Notes under the pieces: model-generated
What the model was told of the DNA's origin: nothing
Databases searched by the model: none
Seen by the model: only the letters and a program-made list of their open reading frames with translations
Shown here: one piece after another, positions 1 to 8,871 of the stretch
How positions within the stretch are numbered: position 1 is the stretch's first letter
Layout of the letters: every line of letters begins with the position of its first letter
Assembly (NCBI GenBank): GCA_029942245.1
Contig: JAOZTN010000004.1
Coordinates: 1 to 56,497, forward strand
DNA length: 56,497 nucleotides
Source: Bacteroidales bacterium
Lineage (GTDB): Bacteria; Bacteroidota; Bacteroidia; Bacteroidales; B18-G4
Direction: 5' to 3'
Made by a program: the position numbers and the translations under genes

Positions 1-480
1 CACACCAAGCTTTGCATCGGGGTGTTTGGCGTTATCGAGGATCTGCATCTCGGGTGCACTTTTCCATACCGGGTCGCCGGGAATTTCCTGGGCAAGGTAG
101 AAAATGCCACTGTTACCGCCTTCTGAGACTTTCCATTCAAGGGATAGCTCAAAATTACTGAACTTCTTATTGTAGAGGACGTCTCCTCCGCCACCGGCTT
201 CTCCTCTTCCGGAGCCGATCACATGCAGGGTTCCGTCAACAACCTCCCAGCCATTTTCGGGAAAAATTTCACCGTTGTGTGAGCGCCACATGTCCGGTGT
301 CAGGCCGTTAAACATAAGGATCCAGCCGTCTTCAAGCTCTGCCTGCGAAAGGGTGTTGGGCTTGGCCACAGCTTCTGAAATAACAGTTTCCTCTGTAGCC
401 TGCTTTTGTTTGGTTTCCTGCATATTGCATCCTGCAAAAAACAATGAAGCGAGTAAAGCAAATATGATTTTATTTCTCAT
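1..480 (-). CDS. DUF1080 / 3-keto-disaccharide hydrolase family lipoprotein (C-terminal part cut by window edge)
   Basis: The minus-strand frame is open to position 1, with ATG at 478-480. My translation is MRNKIIFALLASLFFAGCN (lipobox-type signal), then ...DGWILMFNGLTPDMW...GWEVVDGTLHV...LEWKVSEGGNSGIFY. This is the same hallmark pattern as the 5945-7228 protein. Confidence 0.8.
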   Translation of the reverse strand, partial: MRNKIIFALLASLFFAGCNMQETKQKQATEETVISEAVAKPNTLSQAELEDGWILMFNGLTPDMWRSHNGEIFPENGWEVVDGTLHVIGSGRGEAGGGGDVLYNKKFSNFELSLEWKVSEGGNSGIFYLAQEIPGDPVWKSAPEMQILDNAKHPDAKLGV

Positions 481-503
481 GATAATATGTTTTTTGATTG
501 AAA

Positions 504-1991
504 TTAAAGTTTCCAGCCTTCCCTGTATGTGTGCCTGATATACTCCTCGGCAGCAGGTTTGGCTTTAATGGTTGCATATTGAGTGTCGAAATGTGGATGA
601 CCATTGATCACAGTGAACTTATCGGTGGTTACCACCCTGATCTCATCATCATCACCGATGTTGGTCACCTTCATGTTTTCGCCATCCCACTTAAGTTTGC
701 GTTTCAGATCCTGCAGACGAATGGCCAGGTTGCCCATCACAACTACCTCATTCATAGGACCTGAATACGCGAAGTTTGAGCTGCATTCTACGCGGCTGGC
801 CGGGTCTTCTTTACAAGCCCTGATCCAGTCGGCCTCATGGCCACCACTCATTGCATCCTTGATCCTTCTCAGGCTTGGATCCGGCCGTTTATAGCTTTTG
901 TCGAGCTCTTCAGGCAGGAGTTTTGGGTCACGGCCATAGGCGCCGCAGATCAACTTACCCTTGGTACCGATAAAGAGGCATCCGCCACTCCAATCACCCA
1001 TGATTTCTCCGTCCGGCAATTCAGCAGGCCTGGGAGGCAGTAATCCACCGTCGAACCAGCTTACTTTCACAGGTACCAGTTTAACTTTTTCATATTTTCC
1101 CCTGTCGGGAAATTCATAATGAACCGCCGATCCAATAGGTGCACTTTCTGTATTTACCTGGGTAGAGCTTCCGTACAGGTAGTCCGGATTTCCAAGCCTT
1201 AGTGCTTTGTAAACGGGATCAAAAATATGACATCCCATATCACCCAATGCACCGGTTCCGAAGTCCCACCATGCACGCCAGTTCCACGGATGGTATACGG
1301 GGTTGTAAGGGCGCCATGAGGCTGGCCCTATAAAAAGGTCCCAATCAAGCGTTGGTGGCAGGGATGGAGTTTCTAGTGGACGCTCAAGACCCTGTGGCCA
1401 GATAGGCCTGTTGGTCCAGGCGTATGCTTCCGTTACTTTGCCAATGGCGTCATCCCAGATCCATTCACAGATCTGACGGATGCCATCAGCGGAATTTCCC
1501 TGGTTACCCATTTGCGTGGCAACACCAAATTCTTTTGCAAGCGTACTCATTACCCGCGACTCATACACTGAATGGGTGAGTGGTTTTTGGAGGTAAACGT
1601 GCTTTCCCATTCGCATGGCATGGGCAGCAGTAGTGGCATGGGTGTGGTCAGGGGTTGCAATGACAACGGCGTCGATATCATCACCAAGTTCGTCGAACAT
1701 CTTCCGGTAATCCTTGTACTTTTTGGCATCCGGATATTTTTCGAAAAGCCCCGATGCATAATCCCAGTCGACATCACACAAACCGATAATATTCTGACTA
1801 TTACAGTTATTAATATTGGTTCCGCCTACTCCGCCAACACCAATTCCAACAATATTGAGCTTGTCGCTGGGGGCCAGGTGCCCCAATCCGCCAATTACAT
1901 GGCTGGGAAGAATGGTGACCCCGGCGGTTGCCAGGGAAACATTGCCGATAAATTTCCTTCGGCTCATGCTGGTTTTCTTACTTTTTTCCAT
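504..1991 (-). CDS. Gfo/Idh/MocA family oxidoreductase, TAT-exported (candidate periplasmic glycoside dehydrogenase)
   Basis: 495 aa. It has a twin-arginine motif (SRRKFIGNVSLATAG), a Rossmann motif (NIVGIGVGGVGGTN) and the family motif YLQKPL. Confidence 0.9.
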   Translation of the reverse strand: MEKSKKTSMSRRKFIGNVSLATAGVTILPSHVIGGLGHLAPSDKLNIVGIGVGGVGGTNINNCNSQNIIGLCDVDWDYASGLFEKYPDAKKYKDYRKMFDELGDDIDAVVIATPDHTHATTAAHAMRMGKHVYLQKPLTHSVYESRVMSTLAKEFGVATQMGNQGNSADGIRQICEWIWDDAIGKVTEAYAWTNRPIWPQGLERPLETPSLPPTLDWDLFIGPASWRPYNPVYHPWNWRAWWDFGTGALGDMGCHIFDPVYKALRLGNPDYLYGSSTQVNTESAPIGSAVHYEFPDRGKYEKVKLVPVKVSWFDGGLLPPRPAELPDGEIMGDWSGGCLFIGTKGKLICGAYGRDPKLLPEELDKSYKRPDPSLRRIKDAMSGGHEADWIRACKEDPASRVECSSNFAYSGPMNEVVVMGNLAIRLQDLKRKLKWDGENMKVTNIGDDDEIRVVTTDKFTVINGHPHFDTQYATIKAKPAAEEYIRHTYREGWKL

Positions 1992-2006
1992 AGTGTATGA
2001 GATTTA

Positions 2007-3065
2007 TTATAGCGTTTGTTTGATTTTTATGGTCCGGCCGGTCTTATTGCTTTCAAATGCTTTCTCAATGATAAAGATAACATCTCTGGCTTGCCGGGGC
2101 AGCACTGCCTGTGGTTTGTTTTTGAACATTACTTCGTAAACATTGTCGTAGAAACCCATATAATTTCCCTGCTGCGTAGGTATCCGGATTGATTTCTGCG
2201 GTACTGCCTCTCCGGTGCCCAGGGTACCCCAATTTTTTTGATCATCTGCACCCCACTCATCCCCTCTGGGCATATTTCCTGCTTTTAAACAGGCCTCCTG
2301 CGGATCAAGGCCCCATTTGGAAAAACTTCCCTTGCTGCCATCTAAATTAAAGCGTGGACCTATATTTTTTATCATCATCCCCGCTGTGAGTACGGCAACC
2401 TTATCAGGATAATACAATTCAAGATTGAAATGGTCGTCGACCGGGCTTCCTGCTCTTTCAGATCTGAGGGTTGCTTTTATACTTTCCGGCAGCCCAAACA
2501 AACAAAGTGCCTGGTCGATAAGATGCGATCCCAGGTCAAACAATATACCGCCGCCGGGCAAAACATCATCCCTCCAGGCGCCGGGTTTCATATCCGGGCT
2601 GTACCTGTCGAAATGGGCTTCGTAATATTTGATATCCCCGAGTTTACCCTCCTCCAGGAGTTTTTTAATGGTCAGAAAATCACCATCCCACCTGCGGTTC
2701 TGATAAACGAAAATGTTTTTTCCTGTCCGCCTAGAAATATTGATCAATTCATCTGCTTCGCTGCTTGTCGGAACAAAGGGTTTTTCCACAACAACATGTT
2801 TGCCGGCCTCCAGGCATTCCCTTACCATGGAATAGTGAAATACATTCGGGGTGGCCACAACGATGAGGTCTATGGAATTATCTTTAAGGAGGTATTTATA
2901 ATCCTGAATTACATCTACATAGGGATAAATATCTTTAGATTGATAGTGATGACGTTCAACAATTACCGAAAGATAAAAACCGGGATGTGTATGAATAAAT
3001 GGTGCATGAAACGCCTTGCCCGACAAACCAAAACCTATAATACCGGTATGGATCGTATCGCTCAT
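2007..3065 (-). CDS. Gfo/Idh/MocA family oxidoreductase (no signal peptide)
   Basis: 352 aa with an N-terminal Rossmann motif (GIIGFGLSGKAFHAP) and a VVEKPF motif. Its start overlaps the upstream stop by 1 nt. Confidence 0.9.
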   Translation of the reverse strand: MSDTIHTGIIGFGLSGKAFHAPFIHTHPGFYLSVIVERHHYQSKDIYPYVDVIQDYKYLLKDNSIDLIVVATPNVFHYSMVRECLEAGKHVVVEKPFVPTSSEADELINISRRTGKNIFVYQNRRWDGDFLTIKKLLEEGKLGDIKYYEAHFDRYSPDMKPGAWRDDVLPGGGILFDLGSHLIDQALCLFGLPESIKATLRSERAGSPVDDHFNLELYYPDKVAVLTAGMMIKNIGPRFNLDGSKGSFSKWGLDPQEACLKAGNMPRGDEWGADDQKNWGTLGTGEAVPQKSIRIPTQQGNYMGFYDNVYEVMFKNKPQAVLPRQARDVIFIIEKAFESNKTGRTIKIKQTL

Positions 3066-3910
3066 TAAAGGTGGCTGTTAATAAAGTCGAAACTGCTTTT
3101 CACGCTTTCAAACCCATCACCCTTAATTATATCCTGCTCAACAAAAAATTCTTTAAGTCCGGCCGTGGCGGCATGATCGAAAATTGAAGGATAATCGATA
3201 ATCCCACTGCCCACTTCTATCATTTCCTTTCCTTCTCCTGCTGCCATATCCTTTACATGCCACAATTCAAATCTACCAGGATAGTTTTCAAAATACTGCA
3301 GCGGGTCTTTGCCTGCATAGTTGATCCAGTAAAGATCGATCTCCATGCAAACAAGTTTTGGGTCTGTCGATTCTAGCAGCAGATCATATGGGATTTTATC
3401 ATCAATAGGATAAAATTCGAAATCATGATTGTGATAACCGAACCTCAGCCCATTATCTTCACACATCTTCCCGATGGCATTGAATTTATCCGCCACCTCC
3501 TGATAGCTCTGTATACTTGCCCGCTGCTCATTGTTCAGCCATGGCCATATGATGTAATCAATCCCGACCTCCCGGTGAGCCTGCAATACCGCGGCTACAT
3601 CATCCTTATGGAAGGTAACATGGGATGCGGTCAACCTCATACCAAGGTCTTCAATAAGTGTTTTAAAATCAATTGGATCCATGCCATAGAATTTTCCATC
3701 ACTATAGCCTGCGGCTTCCAGATTTTTATATCCGATATCCGATATTTTTTTCAGGCTCCCTTCCAGGTCTTCTTTAATCTCGTTCCTCAGGCTGTACAAT
3801 TGCAGGCCAATCTTGTTTGAGGGAATCATATTGGCAAGGATATGCCTGGGTGTAAGCATTCCGGCAAGCATTCCGGCGCTGCTAATTTTGATGAAGTTCC
3901 TGCGTTTCAT
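3065..3910 (-). CDS. sugar phosphate isomerase/epimerase (xylose-isomerase-like TIM barrel), TAT-exported
   Basis: 281 aa with the TAT motif MKRRNFIKISSAGMLAG. The body resembles the AP-endonuclease-2/xylose-isomerase-like TIM-barrel family (WPW, HNHDFEF, HVKD patterns). Confidence 0.85.
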   Translation of the reverse strand: MKRRNFIKISSAGMLAGMLTPRHILANMIPSNKIGLQLYSLRNEIKEDLEGSLKKISDIGYKNLEAAGYSDGKFYGMDPIDFKTLIEDLGMRLTASHVTFHKDDVAAVLQAHREVGIDYIIWPWLNNEQRASIQSYQEVADKFNAIGKMCEDNGLRFGYHNHDFEFYPIDDKIPYDLLLESTDPKLVCMEIDLYWINYAGKDPLQYFENYPGRFELWHVKDMAAGEGKEMIEVGSGIIDYPSIFDHAATAGLKEFFVEQDIIKGDGFESVKSSFDFINSHL

Positions 3911-3964
3911 TGTTTTACTGTTTCATTGTTTCATTGTTTCACTGTTTCACTGTTTCATTGTTGA
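3911..3964 (-). repeat. tandem octamer array (TGTTTCAY on + strand; RTGAAACA on coding strand), about 6-7 units, filling the whole intergenic spacer
   Basis: Read directly: tgttttac tgtttcat tgtttcat tgtttcac tgtttcac tgtttcat tgttgat. The array runs from the stop of the 3965-5494 gene to the ATG of the 3065-3910 gene. That gene itself begins ATGAAACG. Confidence 0.9.
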
Positions 3965-5494
3965 TTAGACGATCTTTTCGTTTACGGGATCCCAGAAAAC
4001 CCTGCGATTTTCTTTGTATGCGATGGTACCCATATGCGCTGCCATGGCTTCTTCGAAACCCTGGTCTATATTACAGCTGGGCTGACCTCCGTTCCTGATA
4101 CAATTCAGCCACTCCTTGATGTGAATATGTGTGGGGTCAACTCTCTTTCCACCTCTGTATGTGTATAGCAGGCCTCTTCCGGCAAAATATTGTTCCGTTG
4201 GTGATGTAACAGCATCTACATTTTTCATTCCGGGCGACCATGTAAAGAGCGGAAGATCGGGGTCGATAATGCCATCGGCTATTTTTTGTTTGTAGCGGGT
4301 AGATCTTTTATCTGCCTTTATCAGCAGACCGTGTCCCAGCTCCATGGATGCATCATGTCCCATGATCACTCTTCCCCGTTTGCGACCGCTGGCCAGGGTA
4401 GCGCTGTAAACCATACTCAGGTCTCTGCCCGGATATTCATATACTGTATGAAGCACATCCGGTACTGTGCGCCCATCTTTGAAATAATAAATTCCCCCAC
4501 TTGAAACGGCTGACTCCGGAATGCCCAACCCAAGGATCTGGTTCATGGCATCAAATTCATGTGTGAGCAGATCGCCCGACAGGCCGGTGCTATAATCCCA
4601 CCAACACCGCCACCTGAAAAAACGTTCCAGGCTGAATTCATGTTCAGGGGCCGGTCCAATGAATTGTTTCCAGTCAATCGTATTTTTATTTGCATCTTCG
4701 TGTATAGGGTATACCCAGGCGCCATTGGGATCGTTTCTGTTCGTTGTAATCTCTATCAGGGTGATCTTGCCCAATAATCCTTTTTCAATTGCTTCACGGG
4801 CCTTGAAATAGCTTTCCGTTTGCCTTCCCTGGTGGCCCAGCTGGAATACGATATTGTTATTCCTAACAGCATCCCTGACCTCATACGTTTCTTCTACTGT
4901 CCAGGTCATAGGCTTCTCAACATATACGTGCTTTCCGGCATTGGCGGCAGCTATGGTCATAGGTCCGTGCCAGTGATCGGGGGTAGCAATGATCACCGCA
5001 TCGATATCATCAGCATTGATCAGGTCGAGGTAGCTCTTGTAACGCCTGGGCTGATTACCCATTTTCCCATTCGCACCCTCCCTGTTGATGTTGGAACCGG
5101 CTTCTTGTGCCATAGATCCGTATGTATCGAATACATCACACACACCATTAAGCAACACATTGAGGTCTTCCTGTTCAAGGTATTGCTGATACCTGTCGTC
5201 TGAAGGATTTTCAGAAGCATTTGCTATCCAATTGTCAATAAGACCCGGATGTGCAAAGCCGGCTGCTCTGGCCAGGTGCTTACCACGAATACCATACCCG
5301 ATCAGGCCCAGGCGTATCTGCTTGTCCATGGGGCCGGTTTTCGGAAGTTCCGGCGCGCTTGCCTTGAGCTTGATCTCATCGAGGATATTGCTCTTCAGGT
5401 ATTGATCATAATTACGCTTTTTATACCATGCAAACGCAAAGGCACCCAAAACAGGAACCGCAGCCAGGCCTTTTATCAGATCTCTTCTGTTCAT
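3965..5494 (-). CDS. Gfo/Idh/MocA family oxidoreductase, TAT signal/anchor
   Basis: 509 aa with MNRRDLIKGLAAVPVLGAFA, the Rossmann motif RLGLIGYGIRGKHL and the motif YVEKPM. Confidence 0.9.
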   Translation of the reverse strand: MNRRDLIKGLAAVPVLGAFAFAWYKKRNYDQYLKSNILDEIKLKASAPELPKTGPMDKQIRLGLIGYGIRGKHLARAAGFAHPGLIDNWIANASENPSDDRYQQYLEQEDLNVLLNGVCDVFDTYGSMAQEAGSNINREGANGKMGNQPRRYKSYLDLINADDIDAVIIATPDHWHGPMTIAAANAGKHVYVEKPMTWTVEETYEVRDAVRNNNIVFQLGHQGRQTESYFKAREAIEKGLLGKITLIEITTNRNDPNGAWVYPIHEDANKNTIDWKQFIGPAPEHEFSLERFFRWRCWWDYSTGLSGDLLTHEFDAMNQILGLGIPESAVSSGGIYYFKDGRTVPDVLHTVYEYPGRDLSMVYSATLASGRKRGRVIMGHDASMELGHGLLIKADKRSTRYKQKIADGIIDPDLPLFTWSPGMKNVDAVTSPTEQYFAGRGLLYTYRGGKRVDPTHIHIKEWLNCIRNGGQPSCNIDQGFEEAMAAHMGTIAYKENRRVFWDPVNEKIV

Positions 5495-5958
5495 TTTCTT
5501 TTAAAAATTAGGCGGTCGATACCAATATACCTGCTGCTTGGAAATACAAATAGTACGGCAAGTGCAATAAGCTCGATCAGGTTTTTGTTTACGACCAGGT
5601 AACTTCCTTCATTGGGTACGGCATATCTCAAGCCCGGGAATGGAGGGTGTGATAAAAAATATGTGGCCAGTAGGGCGATGCCAAAGATACAGGCGGGTCG
5701 GGCCAGAAAGCCTAAAATGAGACCCAGGCCGATGAGGATCAGGCCCCAGATATTTAGCTGGTCAATGATATTTACCGTATTGGGGTTTGTGGTAAGTGAG
5801 TGAAAGAAGGATTCCAGGAAACCGTGCGAATCAAGCAGGAAGCCCACGCTGCTCCAGTTAGGGTTCATAAGCTTGACCAGTCCTTCATAAAGAAAGTGCC
5901 ATCCTATGGCCATCCTCAGTATGACGAGCCAGCTAAGTTGTGCATTAGTGTATCTCAT
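5491..5958 (-). CDS. DoxX family membrane protein
   Basis: 155 aa with four predicted hydrophobic helices and a DoxX-like N-terminus (LVILRMAIGWHFLYEGLVKL). It has a 4-nt ATGA overlap with the downstream gene. Confidence 0.8.
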   Translation of the reverse strand: MRYTNAQLSWLVILRMAIGWHFLYEGLVKLMNPNWSSVGFLLDSHGFLESFFHSLTTNPNTVNIIDQLNIWGLILIGLGLILGFLARPACIFGIALLATYFLSHPPFPGLRYAVPNEGSYLVVNKNLIELIALAVLFVFPSSRYIGIDRLIFKRK

Positions 5959-7228
5959 TATCGTTTTTACTTATTTCCCTTAAAAATATGTCTTTCCATC
6001 TTACTTTTATCCCTCCCCCATCATGAATTTGCAGGGCAACGGATCCCGTAGCCTCTCCGATCTTTTCATCAGTGATATCAGCCATCAGCTGCCCGTTGAG
6101 CCAGGTCATAACGCGTGCGCCTTCAACCCGTATGATCATTTCGTTCCAGGTTCCCATATCCAGGATATTTTCTTTTTCATCGGGGATCTCGATCAACCAT
6201 CCGCGACCATACGACTCATAAATACCCCCGCTGTTATGTCCCGGAGGCGCCACTTCTACCTGCCATCCGTTAATACGAGTGCCCTCTATCGATGACCTAA
6301 AAAACACACCGGAGTTTCCATCCGATTCTTGCAGGAACTTCAAACGCAGGACGAAATCCGTATAGCTTTTATCGGTGGCCAGATAGCCGTATTTTGCATC
6401 CTCACCGCTTTCGCAAATAAGCTCACCATCGTTGACATACCACTTTTCGGTGCCATAAACGGTCCAGCCGTCCAGGTCGTTGTTGTTGAAAAGCGGCTCA
6501 CCTGTATCCGTGAGATCTTTGATCTTAATGTTTCTGAAAGAAATTGGGCTGCCATGGTCCTGCAGGCCGATATGACCTTTGATGGCCAATCCGTAGGCTG
6601 AATAGTCTTTCCATTTTGAGGCCTGCCTGCGCAGATTCCAGTCCTCATCCCACAAATAATATTCAATCACCTTTTTCCCATTGAGCCAATGTGTTACATG
6701 CCCATCTTTAATCTCAATTTCTGAGCTGTTCCATTCCCCTGCCGGGAAAACAATCTTCCTGGCCGTATCGGCATTATGCATGGCATAGTTTGCCCCGGTC
6801 ATTTGCCATTCCTCCAGAGGATATTCGAAGCCGATATCGTCGATAAGCTGGTATTCAGGACCGCTGGCATAAACCGCAGGATTATCACCTTCGACCACAT
6901 TAAAAAAGATACCGGAATTACCTCCTTCTGAGATCTTCCATTCGAGCTGCAGGTGAAAATCTTCGAATTGTGCCTTGCTGATGATATCTCCACCAAGGTC
7001 CCCGCCCTCACCGGATGTGATGAGGGTTCCGTCCTTGATACTCCACCCGACAGGAAGAGATTCCTGTTTGAAACCTCTCCACGCATCAGCTGAGGTTCCG
7101 TCAAACAGGATTATCCATTCTTGCTCAACGTCACCCTTATGGTTCAACGAATGAGAGTTGGTGCAGGAAAGAACAAATAATGAGATAAAAAGGGTGAAAA
7201 AAGACGAAATTTTGAAATTGGAGTTCAT
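5945..7228 (-). CDS. tandem-DUF1080 (3-keto-disaccharide hydrolase family) lipoprotein
   Basis: 427 aa with a signal and lipobox (FISLFVLSCTN). The DUF1080 pattern occurs twice: W..LFDG..W.....W.I.DG ... LEWKISEGGNSGIFF, and LFNNNDLDGW...LKFLQESDGNSGVFF. Confidence 0.85.
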   Translation of the reverse strand: MNSNFKISSFFTLFISLFVLSCTNSHSLNHKGDVEQEWIILFDGTSADAWRGFKQESLPVGWSIKDGTLITSGEGGDLGGDIISKAQFEDFHLQLEWKISEGGNSGIFFNVVEGDNPAVYASGPEYQLIDDIGFEYPLEEWQMTGANYAMHNADTARKIVFPAGEWNSSEIEIKDGHVTHWLNGKKVIEYYLWDEDWNLRRQASKWKDYSAYGLAIKGHIGLQDHGSPISFRNIKIKDLTDTGEPLFNNNDLDGWTVYGTEKWYVNDGELICESGEDAKYGYLATDKSYTDFVLRLKFLQESDGNSGVFFRSSIEGTRINGWQVEVAPPGHNSGGIYESYGRGWLIEIPDEKENILDMGTWNEMIIRVEGARVMTWLNGQLMADITDEKIGEATGSVALQIHDGGGIKVRWKDIFLREISKNDNEIH

Positions 7229-7424
7229 GTTTGTATAGCTAAGGAATTGTAAATTTATGAATTTGCCAGCAAAACAAAAGAATTGATTTTGTATTCCTGA
7301 ATTTCATATGCCGGGTACACCCATTGATAGAACGATTGATGCTATTTATATATTTTAAATCTGCATGTTAGGAAAAATTACTTATATTTATGGCAATTGA
7401 AGTATTAACCAAACCCACATTGCT

Positions 7425-8471
7425 ATGAAGAAATTATTACGCTTATTTTTATTGATGCTGGCATCATCCATGTTGATGATCACTCAGCTAAACGCACAAA
7501 CGATCCTGTGTGTCGACCGGGATTTTAGCGACACCGCTATTGGCTTTTCAGATACCTGGGGACCGATCTCACGTGCCCTGGATGCAGGTGGTTACTCCTA
7601 TGATTACTGGGAAGTACTACCTGACGATGAGGATGGGCCACCATATGAAACGATGATTAATTATGATATAATTATCTGGTTTTCAGGTGAATCATGGCAA
7701 GAAAAAATGACCATGTCCGACAACGACGAGACCAACCTTGGTGATTATTTATTCGGTGGGGGAAAACTATTCCTGAATGCACAGGACTACCTCTATGATC
7801 GATATAATGGATTTACCTCCTTTGATCCGGGCGACTTTCCGAGCTATGCCCTGGGTGTTGAAGAAGTGGAGCAGGATGTATATCATATTGAAGTTGGTGA
7901 AGGTATTGGTGATTCGGCTCGTTTTTACGGATTGCCGGGCTCTCTGGCTGAGGGACTCGAATTCCCTACAGTTGACATTTTCACCACCGTTTCTGATGAT
8001 GGATTATATGGCGATAGTATCGGAGTTCATGCCGGGATAAGCATGTTTGGCATTCTGGTACCCTACGTTTCCGTAGGACCTGCAGCCATTCAGTATGAAT
8101 CGGCATTAGGTTTCAGAACAGTATTTTCTACTATTGATGTAGCTGCCATAAGTGATACCGTTGCCCGGGATATTTATATGGACAGGGTGGTTTATTGGCT
8201 GATGTATGGTATAATAGGAACCGAGGAACTGAATGCCGAAAATGCAGGCTTATTGATACGGCCTAATCCGGTCACCAGTACTGTAAATATAGGTATGAAC
8301 CTACCCATGGAGGAGGTTTCTATTTTCAGCAACCAGGGGCAGCTTGTACGTCATGAGATCGTAAAAGGGAGTGCCGTGAAAATTGATATGGAAGATCTTG
8401 CGCCGGGTATATATGTGCTGAAAGCAAAAACAAATAAAGGAATTGTAAGCAGCAAATTAATAAAACAATAA
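7425..8471 (+). CDS. secreted protein of unknown function with T9SS C-terminal sorting domain
   Basis: 348 aa with a Sec signal (LMLASSMLMITQLNAQ). The C-terminus (IRPNPVTSTVNI...GIYVLKAKTNKGIVSSKLIKQ) is typical of Por_Secre_tail. I do not recognise the N-terminal domain. Confidence 0.8.
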   Translation: MKKLLRLFLLMLASSMLMITQLNAQTILCVDRDFSDTAIGFSDTWGPISRALDAGGYSYDYWEVLPDDEDGPPYETMINYDIIIWFSGESWQEKMTMSDNDETNLGDYLFGGGKLFLNAQDYLYDRYNGFTSFDPGDFPSYALGVEEVEQDVYHIEVGEGIGDSARFYGLPGSLAEGLEFPTVDIFTTVSDDGLYGDSIGVHAGISMFGILVPYVSVGPAAIQYESALGFRTVFSTIDVAAISDTVARDIYMDRVVYWLMYGIIGTEELNAENAGLLIRPNPVTSTVNIGMNLPMEEVSIFSNQGQLVRHEIVKGSAVKIDMEDLAPGIYVLKAKTNKGIVSSKLIKQ

Positions 8472-8482
8472 ACTACAAAACT

Positions 8483-8701
8483 ATGTGTATTAAACTTGCA
8501 AAGATTTTTGGGATGATCTTCGGATCAATTGCGGGAATTCTCGCTATCCTTGGGGTCATCGGATTCATTGTCTGGACCTATAAGGAAGGCTCCTTCATAG
8601 GAGTATCCAATTTCTGGAATTTCCTGTATGCATCAGTACCATTTAGTTTGCTGTCGATGTGCTTCACCCTCGTCGCAATTGCTGCGAAAGAGAAGTGCTA
8701 G
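8483..8701 (+). CDS. small two-helix membrane protein, hypothetical
   Basis: 72 aa with two hydrophobic segments. It lies 11 nt after the T9SS gene and is followed by a strong terminator. No family recognised. Confidence 0.45.
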   Translation: MCIKLAKIFGMIFGSIAGILAILGVIGFIVWTYKEGSFIGVSNFWNFLYASVPFSLLSMCFTLVAIAAKEKC

Positions 8702-8744
8702 GCATATGCGTTAAGGGCATCCCTAACATTATTTGTTGGTTAAA

Positions 8745-8779
8745 AACAGCCGGATATTAATTCATCCGGCTGTTTTGTT
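8745..8779 (+). terminator. rho-independent terminator
   Basis: A perfect 11-bp stem (AACAGCCGGAT / ATCCGGCTGTT) with an 8-nt loop, followed by TTTGTT. Confidence 0.8.
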
Positions 8780-8838
8780 AGGGGGCTGCTCAGATAAGAT
8801 TCAAACAGTATTATATTGTCAGACAACCAGGACATGCA

Positions 8839-8846
8839 TACATTTG
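8839..8846 (+). promoter_or_regulatory. candidate Bacteroidota -7 promoter box (TACATTTG = TAnnTTTG)
   Basis: The motif is read directly. It lies 25 nt upstream of the ATG at 8872 and downstream of the 8745-8779 terminator. Confidence 0.45.
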
Positions 8847-8871
8847 TCTGTTCTATAAAAAGATCTCCATT

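Noticed and set aside
2430-3068. 212-aa plus-strand ORF
   Set aside because: It is antisense to the Gfo/Idh/MocA gene, which has clear Rossmann and EKP motifs. The ORF itself resembles no known family.
3911-3964. CRISPR array or minisatellite interpretation of the octamer repeats (and of the heptamer arrays at 44386-44477 and 52924-53026)
   Set aside because: The units are 7-8 bp and directly tandem with no spacers, and no cas genes are present. This is not CRISPR, so the arrays are reported as simple tandem arrays instead.
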